From NCBI GenBank assembly GCA_030264375.1, contig JASCQW010000027.1:82215401-82279400 (forward strand): 64,000 bases of DNA, in the 5' to 3' direction. The notes below the pieces were generated by a model, which saw only the letters and a program-made list of their open reading frames with translations, made no database searches and was not told where the DNA came from. This document shows positions 25,801 to 39,364 of the stretch, in pieces. A program made the translations under genes and the position numbers. The stretch is from Carcharhinus longimanus (taxonomy: Eukaryota). Position 1 is the stretch's first letter. The number at the start of each line of letters is the position of its first letter.

Positions 25801-28800
25801 ATATATAGTCAGCAGGCTCCAGACCTCCTGTGTCCATTTGCCAGTGTTATACCGTCTGTAGACTTTGTTAGAGCTTGTATATGAAGATTCTGGTTTATTT
25901 TTCCTTGACTCTCCAACTGACAGCTTGGCGCCTTAGGCTGTTTAGTAATTATTTCTTATTCTCAGTGTAGATAATCCCATGGTGCCTAGAAAATCATCCA
26001 CTCCAAAGGTGTAAAATACCAAGTTGAAAATTAATTTGTGGTGTCAGAATAATGAATTCTGTGACTTAAGTTGTGATAGCCTGACAGTTTTGCTTTAATT
26101 GTATTTTTTTTACTCAATTAGAAGCTTAAGTTGCACTCCATTATTCAGCTGCCATCCATTTTGGCTCACCCGGGGAACTCTTGGGAAGAATTTCCTCTGT
26201 TTCCAATATTTGAGAGGTGTCGAGAAGACGACATACTTTGTTCAATCCATTACAACATCATGGAGACCACACTTTTCTGCAGGAGCATATGGATTTTTTT
26301 TCCAGCTGGGAATTGACACTTAATTTCTAGAGTATCAAAACAGCCACAAAGGTTGGTGGTTGTATACTGAGCTTAGTGAAACTATTACATTATTCTGCAC
26401 TCAAATTTACTATCCTTAGGCCCTATCCAAAAGATTTTCTGACTAAAATTATTTCTGGGTCACCTCTTTCCAAAAGGAGTGTGGTAACAAAAACTATTTC
26501 TTGTCACCATATCATTTGGAGACTGAATATCATATTTCACTGTATCCTGATATTTCAAACCCTTAAATCCTGTGTCAGCTGGATAAAGATTTAAGTAAAT
26601 TACAATTATTGCTATAATTAGAATACATTTTCAGTAATTCAGTGTCTGAGCAACATATTATCAGATCATTTTTGTGATTATGTAGTTCTATATTATAATG
26701 AATTGGAAGGCTGAAAACTTCTGTGGGAAGTAAAACCCATTTCAGTAAGGCTACGGGTCACCACCTAAAAATTTACTGCAACATGTTTTTGTAGAACAAT
26801 TCCTACGCCATAAGTAAACAGTTATTGTTTGGATCTGTTTTGCAGAGAAAATGCATTCAAGTGAATGGGTTTTTATGGCTGACCATAGATCAAGTCAGAG
26901 CAATAGTGTTTAAAGAAAACTAACTTCTGGTTTCCTCTTATTTTTTAACACTTATCCTCCTTGTACATTGTATTTCCCTCATACATTTTTCATTTTGAGG
27001 CATGAATTTTAATAACCTGTTTGGTTGCAAAGATAGAATGCTCTGCTTTGTCAATTGGGACTAAGGTCATGCCGATGCAAAAATGCATAAACGCCACAGG
27101 AAGCAGGGCAGAGGCTCAGCTCTTGTGAGGTAACATCAAGGAAAGTTTTTAACAGGAAACTGTTCCTTTGTGTGGTTCCTAATTCTGGATAATGATAAGT
27201 ATTAATATGAGAAAATCCTTAGCAAAGCCAGGCCATGCTTTTGGATACATTTATACTGTTCTCCTGTAAATAGTCTAATTGATATGTTTATGCTTTAAGT
27301 GGCCCTGGAAAGATGGATGAGAAAATAGTTTTCACATTATATCTAATTTTTCATTCTTAGCCTAATAAGAAACTAATGTTCTTGTTGTACAGTATTTAAC
27401 ATCCTTCTTTTGCACAGTGAATAGCAGAAGCAGTTACATTCTCGTTTGTTTATGTCCCTTTTTATTAGTCAATTATGCAGCTGATTTTGCTTGCAGCATT
27501 TTTCTGACATGAATTGAGCAGATTCAGATCTTTCACGGGAGCGTCAAAATCCTTTGCCTTGCTTTCAATTATGCATTAAGATCGATGTGCTAATCGTAAA
27601 CAAAGGCTACTTTGTCCACAGGATGTTGTGTGAATTTCAAAATAAAATCTTTAAAACTTCATATTGCCTCCTACAGCACAAGGTTGAAGCTATTTCAGTG
27701 CACCTCCATACTTTTTTTTTGATGTGGTGCAGCTAACTCGAGGATGACAGCAAATGGGTAATACTGTTTAAACATTACTGCAAGAAAAATAACCATCAGA
27801 GGAAAGAGTGAAAAGCAGTTCCAGGTTCTATCTGTTGAAAATAAATATGTGTTTCAGAGAACCTATTATGATTAGTGTCCAGCAGACTGAGCTGCCTTTA
27901 TTATAAAATGTGAAGTGCAAACTTCACCATGCATGAAATGTTGAAATAAACTGCTCTAATATTTCCTCTGATATGAGTTTTGAATTGGGGAAGACACAGT
28001 AATGTTACAATAGGTATGACTCCAAATCAGTGGTGGCTTTCATATACTGAAAGTGACAATCAGTGGTTATATTAAGGCACATGTTTTTCCTTTTTAGTTG
28101 TTTGTGCTTGACATGTGATTTGTAGTTTTTGCTAGCCATCATGAAGGTGACTTATTGAAATTCCTGACAACAGAAGCCCTTTGAGGGAATGAAATAATAT
28201 ATACTGTTATACTTGGCTACTTGTGAGATTTGTGCAGTGCAAATCAACTCACCAGCATTTAAGAAACCACATGAAGGAAAAGTCTGATACTCTGAATACA
28301 GTTCCAAAAAGTCAGTCAGTTTCTAAAGTATATGAATTACATATTTGTCACATGTGGCAGAAATGCAAAAACTACAAAGAATAAATTTTAAGGACATCTT
28401 TTTGGACGTCCCTCTCTTTAATGGGAAAGAAAGCGAATGCAGAATATAAATGTATAATGAATTCTGTAGACCTCAGATTGAACACTATCAGATATTTTAT
28501 TCTATAGATGCTGATTTTTGAAAATGTGTGTGGGTAGCATGTTTTTAAAAGACTCGATATTTTCTTATGGCTAAAAATGTAAATGTTAATAATCCAATTG
28601 AATAATCATTTGTTTCTGCTTTTTAATTACTAACGTGTGAATGTAGGCTGAACACATTTATATACTTTGTGAAAATTTTAATAATGGTAAGTGGAATAAG
28701 TGATTTTTTTTTTAAATTCTCAAATATTTTAGTAAGTTCAAACATTAGAGCTATTCAAAACATTGTTCAGCATAAGCCATATATTGCACACAGCAGGTAA

Positions 28801-29533
28801 CTCTGAGGATTGAAGTAGAATTTTATTTCACAATTGGGCTTACAATTTCTTTCCTTTCTATTGAAGGACCAATACTCAGGCATGCGTTTTATTTGCAGGA
28901 TTGGAGTAGTGACCACAATAGTCAATGTTGTTTGTCGTTTCAGCTGTTGTTTTTCATCTCTTCCCGTTGTTTTGCTTGTTTTATGCTATCTAGGAGTCCT
29001 TTAATGTGGCCTTCCTTGTGGAGTAGTCATTGTTGTATTTGTCTGCAAGTCATTTGGTTGCCCTATTAGATGTCCAAATGAATGTCTTGCCTATTACACA
29101 GTGTTCCCACAACTGAACTGATCCCATCTTCCTTCCTTCCTAGTGTCTTCATTACTAATTCTATTTCTGTTTCCATCTGCTTTAACCACAAATCTTTGAT
29201 AATTAACACATATTTACATATATTTATTCAGAAAGTGTTCACTACGAAGGAATCTGTGGTTCTGAATGTTCCTGCATTTCCATGACATTTGGCATTGGAA
29301 ACTGGTAATCGGTTTTTCTGAGTATTTATCATATCTGAAAATATTAATGAATTTTTGAAAATGTTGAGTACTCAAAAGGTTAGAATCTTCATTAATTGAG
29401 AATGTATTAGAAATTCAATGGAAACTCATTGAGATTTACTCCATTATGATTTTATCTTAACATTTAAATATATGAGTATAATACTTCTAGTGGCTCTAGT
29501 ACAAACTTTTTGTAGTTTCTACTACAAGATATA

Positions 29534-29770
29534 GGATGGAATTTTATACCGTCCTCAATGAGCATGTTGGCAGGCAGGGTAATCAAGTGTTGTGGAGTGG
29601 CTATGTGCCTGCTTACTTTCCTCCTAATAAATTGAGGACGTTAGGTGGCTAATTAATAATCCCCAAGGACATCTTCTTGCCACCACTAGTATTTCAGCTG
29701 ATAGCCTCTTTTTGGACTGAGGGGAGATCCTCCAGTTCAGGAATCCTGAAATCCAGGTAAAATTCCATCC
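29534..29770. mobile_element. MITE with perfect TIRs (PIF/Harbinger-like)
   Basis: Perfect 13-bp TIR GGATGGAATTTTA / TAAAATTCCATCC, flanked on both sides by ATA (3-bp TSD). Confidence 0.75.
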
Positions 29771-31159
29771 ATAAATTCTTGACTGATAGTTGTACTTGAG
29801 TTTTATCAAGATTGCATGTTTAACCGGTTTTAGATGAGTCTGGGGAAAAAGGGTGGAAAATTTGCAGGAAAATATTTCCTTCCACGTAGCATAAGGATCT
29901 GCTCTGATTGATATTGATGATACCTATTTGCTGGAATACTCTGTCCTTATGATCAAGAGGATAATATGGATGGGTTGGTAAGAATGGAATAAAGTGAACA
30001 AAATTAGTATAAATGTGTGTAAGCTCTGAGACTAGATTGTTGCATTCAGGTATAAAAACAAGCATTTACAATTCTTATTTCTTAGAGTTTAGCAAAATTT
30101 TGCAGTGCTAGTCATGAAAAATTGGATTCTATTATCTTCACACAAATACAGATTTAAATGTTTCACAGTTAGTGAAAATACATTTAGGCTGATTTTAAGT
30201 TATGAAAAGTATTATAATTTAATCACTGCTGATGCTTTTCAGTTACTAAATTTTTTGTACTTCTAAAAAAAGGCAACATTATATTGCTATCAGTGTGTGA
30301 TCAGATAGATTGCTATAATCTTTCAATGCAGTTAAAATATCCTGATTATATGATGACTACTCTGTAAAATATTATAATTCAAATATTTAATCTGCTTTCA
30401 TCAAATTTCTCAGCAATTGATCCATTTAAAATAAACAGGTTAATGGTTTAACTAGCTTAGCATAGAGAGAAACTTGATATAAACACATCCTGAATTCAAA
30501 CATTCATACCGTTCTTGATAATTTCTCAGCTATATTCTGTAAATTGCTGGGCAAACTCAAAAGTTTGAGCATACTTTTAATGTATAATCAATTAAAATGT
30601 TATTGTGTCCTTTATTTTCATTTTACCTGTTAATGAAGTCATTGCATGAATAAGATCTTTCTAATTGAATAATCACTCTGCACTTCATCGGCTGTAAAGT
30701 GCTTTGGGACATGAGTTTGAGAAAGGCACAAATGAATCCAAGTCTTGTTTCTTACTAATTGGCTTCGATTAAGAAATCTTAAAATATTGGCCTTCAACTT
30801 TGGGTTAGCAGAGATGCAAAGCCTAAATTCCAAAGGGCATTTTATTTCACTTCTCTGCAGTTTTGGATTTGAATTTCGCAGTTTTTATGTCCTTCCTAAA
30901 ATTATTTGCTTATGCATATTTTTTTTCTAAAGGTTATGCACCACTGCCTGGTCTATGCATAGATTTCTTAGCCATCACTATGTGAGGCAAAAATCATGGT
31001 GCCAGTTTGATTCCTTAGCTATACTGAGCTAGCTAATCTAAAACAAGACAACAGTAAGGGTGGTGCACTTGGCTTCTATGCTACTTGAGAGGAGTGATTT
31101 GAATTTAAAAAACAGTGCAGTGCAGTGGGAGAGTTGCATGTTCGAAGCCATTGTACAGG

Positions 31160-31805
31160 GGATTATCAAACAAAATTTGGCACCAGGCAACATAAGGCAG
31201 TTATAGGGTAAGTGACCAAATGCTTAGTCGAAGCTGTAGGTTTTTAAAAAAAGTCATAAAGGTGGAAAGATGGGTAGTGAAGCTTAGAACATAGAACATT
31301 ACAGTACAGGCCCTTCGGCCCTCGATGGTTCCACTGGTCGGTGCAACAATCTAATGACCCTCTAACCTAAACTATTCCAATGTTATCCATATGCCTATCC
31401 ACTGACCATTTGAACGCCCNNNNNNNNNNNNNNNNNNNNNNNNNNNNNNNNNNNNNNNNNNNNNNNNNNNNNNNNNNNNNNNNNNNNNNNNNNNNNNNNN
31501 NNNNNNNNNNNNNNNNNNNTTTGAACGCCCTTAAAGTTGGCGAGTCCACAACTGCTGCAGGCAGGGCATTCCACGCCCTTACTACCCTCTGAGTATTAGG
31601 TAGGGAATACTAGAACTTAGTGCCTTAGAAGCTAAAGGTACAGTTCCCAATAGTGAGGCCAGAATCAAAAGATTGTAGATAACTTGGAAGATTGTAGGAC
31701 TGGAAGAGATTACAAAACTGGAGAGCAGGAAGATTAAGGAGGGATTTGAAAATGAGGATGTGAATTTAAAAAAAAGACTTAATAGGAAGCCAAAGTAGGT
31801 CAGCA
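31160..31805 (-). mobile_element. Old L2-like fragment with a nested CR1 3' end (about 31285-31592)
   Basis: The CR1 tail reverse complement TAGAACATAGAACATTACAGTACAGGCCCTTCGGCCC interrupts purine-rich L2-like sequence. Confidence 0.6.
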
Positions 31806-31819
31806 AACAGGATAGCAGA

Positions 31820-32325
31820 GCATAGTGGTATCATCACCTGACTAGCGATCCAGAGACCCAGGACAATGTTCTAGGGACCTGGGTTTAAAGCCCACCATGG
31901 AATTGAAACTCTAATGATGACCATGAACAGTAAGAAGTCTCACAACACTAGGTTAAAATCCAACAGGTGTATTTGGTAGCACGAGTTTTCATAGCGTTGT
32001 CCCTTCATCAGGTGAAGATCTTCATCACCTGATGAAGGGGCAGTGCTCCGAAAGGACTTTAACCTGGTGTTGTGAGACAACTTACTGTGTCTACCCCTGT
32101 CCAATGCTGGCATCTCTATATCATGATGAGCATGAAACCATTGGCGTAAAAACCCATCGGGTTCATGAATGTTCTTTAGGGGAGAAACCTGCCATCCTTA
32201 CTGCCAGATCCACCGTAATGTAGTTGATTCTTAAAACAAAATACTCTCTGAAAAGGCCTAGCTGTCCATTCAGTTGTAGAGTTCGGGTTAATGCAGTCAG
32301 TGATCCCCACGACCCATGAATGAAT
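31820..32325 (+). mobile_element. Second-family tRNA SINE hosting a Penelope fold-back element
   Basis: Head CATAGTGGTATCATCACCTGACTAG..GGGACCTGGGTTTAAAGCCCACC. Body resumes after 32136 (AAACCCATCGGGTTCA..GGAGAAACCTGCCATCCTTAC). Confidence 0.7.
31928..32123 (+). mobile_element. Short fold-back Penelope-like element, second copy
   Basis: Same termini as 4799-5018. TSD TGATGA(C/G)CATGAA at 31915-31927 and 32124-32136. CTGATGA..GAAA motifs on both strands. Confidence 0.8.
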
Positions 32326-32339
32326 AATGATGAAAAAAT

Positions 32340-32590
32340 ACACACGGGGTAATAGATGAACAGGCCTTCATGCAAGTTAGGATAAAGGCAGAATTTGAAT
32401 ACCCTCAGGTTTATCCTATGGACGATAGAAGGCCAATCGTTGGAACAATCAAGTCTGAAAATAATAAAGACATGAATGAGGGTTTCCCCCATAGATAAAT
32501 TGAGGGAGAGCCAGAGAGGGTGGAAACGCATTATTTTTTGGAGGCAGAATTGGCCAAAAGTGGTGCAAATATGTGGACAGTTTGCTTTCA
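32340..32590 (-). mobile_element. L2 LINE fragment
   Basis: Minus-strand peptide ETLIHVFIIFRLDCSN resembles the L2 RT C-terminal motif (LIHAFVTSRLDYCN). Confidence 0.65.
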
Positions 32591-33284
32591 TTTAGCATCT
32601 TTTGTGTAGAAAGGCATTCTGGCATTCTTCACAAAGAAAAAGGACAAAGTAGTCAATATTTTAAGAAGGTGCCTATAATCGTGTTCAAAGAAATTGATTT
32701 TAAGGAGAATCTTGAAGAAAGATAGGTTTAGTGATCAAGTAGAGAGGAGGGGATATACAAGAGGTAGTGATTTTACTAACAAGTATGCTTTTGTAGCTAT
32801 CTGGCATAGAGATTGTTAAGTTCCTTTGATGTCCTCTGTGTCAAAATGTCTGCCAACATTGGGTGTATAGGGTTATACCTGAAGAATAGCTGCCTTTCAC
32901 AGATGTCTATGTCTAGTATATAGGGCTGCAGACAGCTGTATTATTTTAATCCAGCATAAGTCAATATCTTTAAAGAAAAGACTGAACATTAGGAAAATAA
33001 AATACAGTTACTTAACTCCATATGAGAGATTTAAGAAATTAACAACATGTTCATGTCACACTTGTTGGTTATTTTATTGATGTTTATTTCCACTTTGTAT
33101 GTAGATAATATTATTTAAAGTTGTGACTGCCATTGGCTGCAATTGATATTTGTGGTATTTCAAGGAAAGAGCCAGAGCATCATTAATATTTCAGTGCCCT
33201 GGGGTTGCTTAAATATTTTTTATGTTCTGCAAGATAAGGGATGGAAACTTGCCTCACTTTAACTTAGTAGACCAATTTGCTTCT

Positions 33285-33760
33285 GCAAGGCGCAGGTCAG
33301 GAGTATAATGGAATACTCTCCATTTGCCAACAACATTCAAGATGCTCGACACCACCCAGGACAAAGCACCCCATCTGAACATTCATTCCCTCCACCACCG
33401 ATGCATAGTGGTAGCAGTGCATACCATCTACAAGATGCACTGCAGCAACTCACCTTCAACGCCACTGTCCAAACCCATGACCTCTGCCACTTAGAAGGAC
33501 ACAGGCAGCACTTGTGTGGGAGTACCCCTCCAAGTCATTCACCATCCTGACTTGGAACTACATTGCTGTTCCTTCACTGCAGCTGGATTGAAATCCTGAA
33601 ACTCCTTCCATAACAGCACTGTAGGCATACCTACACTACAGGAACTGCAACAGTTCAAGAAGGCAGCTCACCACCATTTTCTTAAGAGCAATTAGGGATG
33701 GGCAATAAATGGTGGCCTAGTTGACGACATCCACACCCTGTAAAAGAAGAAAATAAAACA
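33285..33760 (+). mobile_element. CR1-clade LINE 3' end (GGGCAATAAATG-tail family)
   Basis: Encodes AQVRSIMEYSP. Tail CAGTTCAAGAAGGCAGCTCACCACCA..GGGATGGGCAATAAATG. Same family as 55843-57420. Confidence 0.8.
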
Positions 33761-35386
33761 TTTCACTGTCAGGAACACAGATTCCCTGGTGCAATAATTA
33801 GGGATAAAGGACAGATTTAGATCAATGAGTCTATACCACCTTAATGTTGTTCTAGGATTGCAAAGGTATTCCTTCTGGTGGAGCCTGTCTTGCTCCTACA
33901 ATGGTGGACTGATTCTAATGAGTTGGGAGGAGCTGTCCCCAGCCTAGTTCTTCCTTTCCATGGGGTACCCGCAATGACAGAGTTACAGCTTACTTCCAGG
34001 ACCTGCCAGCTGAACATGCCCAGAGACTCTTAGTGCAAGTGGAAGAGTTAAGATGTGTGCTCCTCTGAAAATGTCCCTGACCCCTCTTACCAATAGTGTA
34101 TGGCTCTTCCTGGGATGAGACGATGGTGGGGATTCTCAAAGGTTATTTAAATAACCCAGAGATGGAAGTCTGGATGACCCAAAAACTAGACAGGAACAAT
34201 GCACTAAAATCCCTGGTGTTCTGTCTAAACCATTCCATCTTCAAATATATCATTCAACATGTCTAAGCTGCACTATTGCTGAAGAGATTTTTATTTTTCC
34301 TTGAAAACAACAGCATTATCGCACACTGGCACCATGAATAATGAGAGGTTTTTAGTTGAAATAATTTCTAGGTTACACAGATGCAATTATAGAAATGTTT
34401 GAAATTTACAGCCAATAAATTCTATCTATACTCAAATCATTTTAAAGTTGCAAGATGTTTTATAATGTTTAGGAATTAGAAGTTGATCTAATTTCCACAT
34501 TTATTTCACAATTAAAATGCTGGTACAGCACGGAAATGGTAATGGTGCATATTAGAGAATTTGTTCCAAAATGTTGATGTCATTCATATTCACAGAGCCA
34601 TTGCCTGCTGCATTTAGATATTGCTGCTTAAAACTCAATACATTGCCAAAATCAAGTAAAGCTCTTGAGCAGTTTAGTACACACAAAAAAATTAAAGGGA
34701 AAGTGAAAGTTGGAAGATCATTTAATTTAGAATTGGAAGCAAAACATGATTGAATAGCTTGAAAATGCAGAAGCAGTTTTTCTAATGAAACGATGGCGGT
34801 TTGTTGAAAGGCATTTTGTGAGATGCACATTGGCGCTTAACATCACATTTTTTTTCAAGGAAACAGATTCCACTTTTCACTATTTTAACAGGGCTAATTG
34901 TTATTATTTACAGATCCTTGCGAAGTATGTATGGTGTCAAACTTTGTCTTCCTAAATTAACATGACAAAATATATATTTAAGATACAGGATTGTTCGAAA
35001 TCTGTGTTCTACTTTATACAGGGAAACACCTATTTTAACAGACAGCCTAGGCCACAGTCATGGAACTCCTAAAGGATGGCTGCTGGCTTCCTGTGGCAGA
35101 ATTAGACCTTTTCCCCACCCACCTTTCTGCTTTAACCGTTTTGTCTATCCGAATCCCCCAGTTTACAAGTCTGTGTCATTAGGGCTTTGCTTTTTGTTTA
35201 TGAGCAATTATTGCATCTTTCATCCTTAAGTTGGCTCATTCTGTTTTAAATAACTCTATTGCACGATGATTTTTTTTGCACTGGGCATTGCTTACTTCTT
35301 TCTCTTTCAGCTCATAGTAGAACATTTTAGTGCAAAGTATGTGGAGTGATAAATGGAGCCACCTTTTCGTTGAAGCATGAAAATAA

Positions 35387-35632
<246 letters not shown>

Positions 35633-36103
35633 TAAGTTAACCAGGCATAGATAAATGCGCGCAGTGATAATTTATTTTTCTGCAGGGTACAAAAATTCAA
35701 TGTGATCGTGCTGGTTCAATAATTTTGAGTAATAACTGAACTATGCTGACCAAGACGGTTCCAAGTTCATATTGGACGTTGAAGTTGAATAATATTCACC
35801 CCCTCCCTATCCCCATGCACCCCATCATAGGGACAAAACAAAGGAACGTAACAAAGCAATAGACAAGCAGTTCCCACCATTCTGTTACATCTTTGCTGAT
35901 CTATATCGGAATTCCATCTATCCACCTCTGTTCTGTAACCCTTTAATATCATTACTCTTAATTTTTACATTGTTCCCTGTCATCTCTACATTGGTCTGCC
36001 ACTCAGCCTGTAACAGATTTGAGTATCTGCAAAAGCCTGGTTTTCCCTTCCATTCTCCATGTCTAGCATAGTCATTTGTGTGCTACTATGAATGCAACAA
36101 TTC

Positions 36104-36766
36104 NNNNNNNNNNNNNNNNNNNNNNNNNNNNNNNNNNNNNNNNNNNNNNNNNNNNNNNNNNNNNNNNNNNNNNNNNNNNNNNNNNNNNNNNNNNNNNNNN
36201 NNNNNNNNNNNNNNNNNNNNNNNNNNNNNNNNNNNNNNNNNNNNNNNNNNNNNNNNNNNNNNNNNNNNNNNNNNNNNNNNNNNNNNNNNNNNNNNNNNNN
36301 NNNNNNNNNNNNNNNNNNNNNNNNNNNNNNNNNNNNNNNNNNNNNNNNNNNNNNNNNNNNNNNNNNNNNNNNNNNNNNNNNNNNNNNNNNNNNNNNNNNN
36401 NNNNNNNNNNNNNNNNNNNNNNNNNNNNNNNNNNNNNNNNNNNNNNNNNNNNNNNNNNNNNNNNNNNNNNNNNNNNNNNNNNNNNNNNNNNNNNNNNNNN
36501 NNNNNNNNNNNNNNNNNNNNNNNNNNNNNNNNNNNNNNNNNNNNNNNNNNNNNNNNNNNNNNNNNNNNNNNNNNNNNNNNNNNNNNNNNNNNNNNNNNNN
36601 NNNNNNNNNNNNNNNNNNNNNNNNNNNNNNNNNNNNNNNNNNNNNNNNNNNNNNNNNNNNNNNNNNNNNNNNNNNNNNNNNNNNNNNNNNNNNNNNNNNN
36701 NNNNNNNNNNNNNNNNNNNNNNNNNNNNNNNNNNNNNNNNNNNNNNNNNNNNNNNNNNNNNNNNNG
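36104..36766. other. Assembly gap (largest N run in the window)
   Basis: Continuous Ns. Other gaps include 48338-48688 and several 100-N and about 10-N runs, mostly within repeats. Confidence 0.98.
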
Positions 36767-36949
36767 TTCCTGTTTTAGATCTGTAGCCAGTGTCTTCTGC
36801 TGGAAGTATATGATATGGAAAGCGGGCAAATTGAAACTCCCACTTGTTCGTGACATCTTTGATAGTTAAGTGCTATAGCCTACTGAAGGGCCTTGGCCAG
36901 GTTCTTAATGAATACTTTGCACCTGATTTACAAAAGAGACAGATGATTT

Positions 36950-38970
36950 GAATATTGTACCTCTAGAGGAGGAGTGTGAAACATTGGATGGGATTAACAT
37001 TGTGATGGAGGGAGTGTTTGGTTGCTTGGCATCTTTGAAAATGGATAGACATTAGGCTTGGATGAAAGGCATCCAAGCCTAACTTCCATTAATTCTTTTC
37101 CAACTCAAGTTGGAAAAGAATTAATGGAAGTTCTGACCATCATTTTCCAGTTATTTTTGGCTACAGGAATGATACCAGAGGACTGGAGGTACGCTAATAT
37201 TGTTTTGTAGACGCTGAAAGGATGCTTCTCCTTGTGGGAAAAACTAGAGCTGGGGGCACAGTTTGAGTAATTAGTTTAAAACTAGTTTAAAACTCAGAGG
37301 TCTCTCATTTAAGCTGGGGTGGAAGCATTTTGTTTCTCACAGCTGGTCATGAGTCTGTGGAACTCTCTTCCCCAGAGAGTGGTGGAGGTTGGGCCATTGA
37401 ATATTTTTAAAGGTGAAGTAGATTGACTCAAACATCAATCAAGAATCTAAGGTCATAAGAGGGTAGGCAGAGAACTGAAGATGAAGACACAGTCAGATCA
37501 AACATGATTTTATCGAATATAGAAGTAAGTTTGAGGGGCCAAATATTCCTATTCCTACTCCTAATTTTTGTTTGTTCATATATAACCTCTCTTTAAAATT
37601 GGAGGAAGGCACAGCCCAAGTACGGGCCAGTCTGCCTAATCTCAATGGTGGTGGGATTATTGGAAACATTTCTAAGAAACATTTATAAATCGTCAATTAG
37701 AAGGGCACCGATCAATCACGAAGTGCAAGCATGGATTTATCAAAGAATAATCCCATTTGGCTAGGTTGGATTTTTTGAGATGGGTTGATGAGTGTTTGAT
37801 GTAATCAACATGGATTTTAACATGTCCCACACTGGAAAGTGGTCTAAAACTTAAAGTGATGCAAAGAAAAGTGGCAAGTTGGATTTACAATTTGCTCAAT
37901 GGCAGGAAACAAAAGTTTATGGTCAACAAGATTTTTGTGACTGGAAGGTTGTTTCCAGTGAGATTCTGCAGGATTTGTTACTGCTGCTGTTTGTGTGTCA
38001 ACAATTTAAACTTAAATACAAGCTATGTGACTAAGGTATTTGTAGATGATATGAGAACTTCCCGTATCGTTGAAAGTGAGGAAGAAACTTAGAGGCTATC
38101 CATGGACTTATCAAGTGAGCAGAAAAATTTGTCAACTTGAAGAATCACAGAATCCCTACAATGCAGAAGGAGGCCATTTGGCCCATTAAGTCTGCACCGA
38201 CAATTCTACCCAGGCCCTATTCCTGTAATCCCACATATTTACCCTGCTAATCCCCTGACACTAGGGTCAATTTAGCATGGCTAATCAACCTAACCCACAT
38301 ATCTTTGGATTGTGGGAGGAATCCAGAGCACCCAGAGGCAGCCCACATAGACACGGGGAGAATGAGCAAACTCCATACGGACAGTGACGCAAGACTAGAA
38401 TTGAACTCAGGTCCCTGGCACTGTGAGGCAGCAGTGCTAACCACTGTACAAGGTAATACATTTGGGAAGGACAAATGAAACAATAGAATAGAGAATGCAT
38501 AAATTCTAAGAAGTGTAGAATAACAAAGAGAGATTGGAGTGCCTATTTACAGACTTCTGATGGTGGCAGGTGGATAAGGTGGCCAAAAAATGCATACAGG
38601 ATATTTCCAAAGGAAAGATTGCTTAGACTAGAGTGATTCTTTTCTTGGAGTAGGGAAGGCTGAGGGTAGATTTAATTGACATTCACCAAATTATGAGGGG
38701 CCAAGATAGTGTAGATAGGAAGGGCCTATTTCCATTTACAGGCAGGTCAATATTGGGGCGTGTAGATTTAAAGACATTAGTAGAAGGATTAAGGCAGAGT
38801 TAAAGAGTTTTTTTTACTCAGAGGGTGGTTGGGCTCTCAAACTCATTTTATTGAAAAGGGTAGTAAAGGTAGATTCCGCATTGTATGAAAAGCATTTGGA
38901 TGTGCATTTGAGCTTCAAGCCAAGAGCCAAAGGTGGGATTTGGCTCAATAATTCTTTTCCAGACAGTTTG
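36950..38970 (+). mobile_element. Cluster of decayed CR1 fragments with nested insertions
   Basis: RT remnants (GMIPEDWRYAN; VASWIYNLLNGRKQK; KVFVDDMR). A separate CR1 3' end lies at about 37210-37580. Confidence 0.7.
38143..38447 (-). mobile_element. HE1-like SINE (tail type A), nested in CR1
   Basis: Near full-length reverse complement: CAGTGGTTAGCACTGCTGCCTCACAGTGCCAGGGACC..., with tail GTAGGGATTCTGTGATTC. Confidence 0.88.
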
Positions 38971-39364
38971 GGCATAATCACCAAATGATCTCCCTCTTTC
39001 TGTTTCCTTCCATAAGAGGGTGGGGAGGTGAGCAAATTGACAAAAAAGCAACAAAGATAAGCCTCTAACAGAGGGACGGTGAAAGATTTTAAATGAGTTG
39101 GATCAGACTATGTCAGATATCACTGTGGTGAGTAATCACAGTAGAAAACAAAATATCCACATCCTTGAAACCTTAGTGCCATATTTGACCCTGAGGTGAG
39201 CTAATTGCAGGATCAGAAAGACCACCTCCCTCTACGTCCTTAACTTTGCCAGATTTTGGCACTGCCTCAGCTCATTTTTTCCGAAAATTGACATTCAAGC
39301 CTTGATTATTCCAACTCAGTCCTGATTGGTGTTCCACATTCTGCCTGCCATAAACTTTGTCCAT

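Noticed and set aside
31408-31530. Direct repeat TTTGAACGCCC on both sides of a 100-N gap
   Set aside because: Most likely an unmerged contig overlap (assembly artefact), not a TSD. The gap at 56832-56931 looks similar.
36076-36869. Long ORFs of 228-263 aa in the track (also 48143-48949)
   Set aside because: They consist almost entirely of X residues translated through N gaps.
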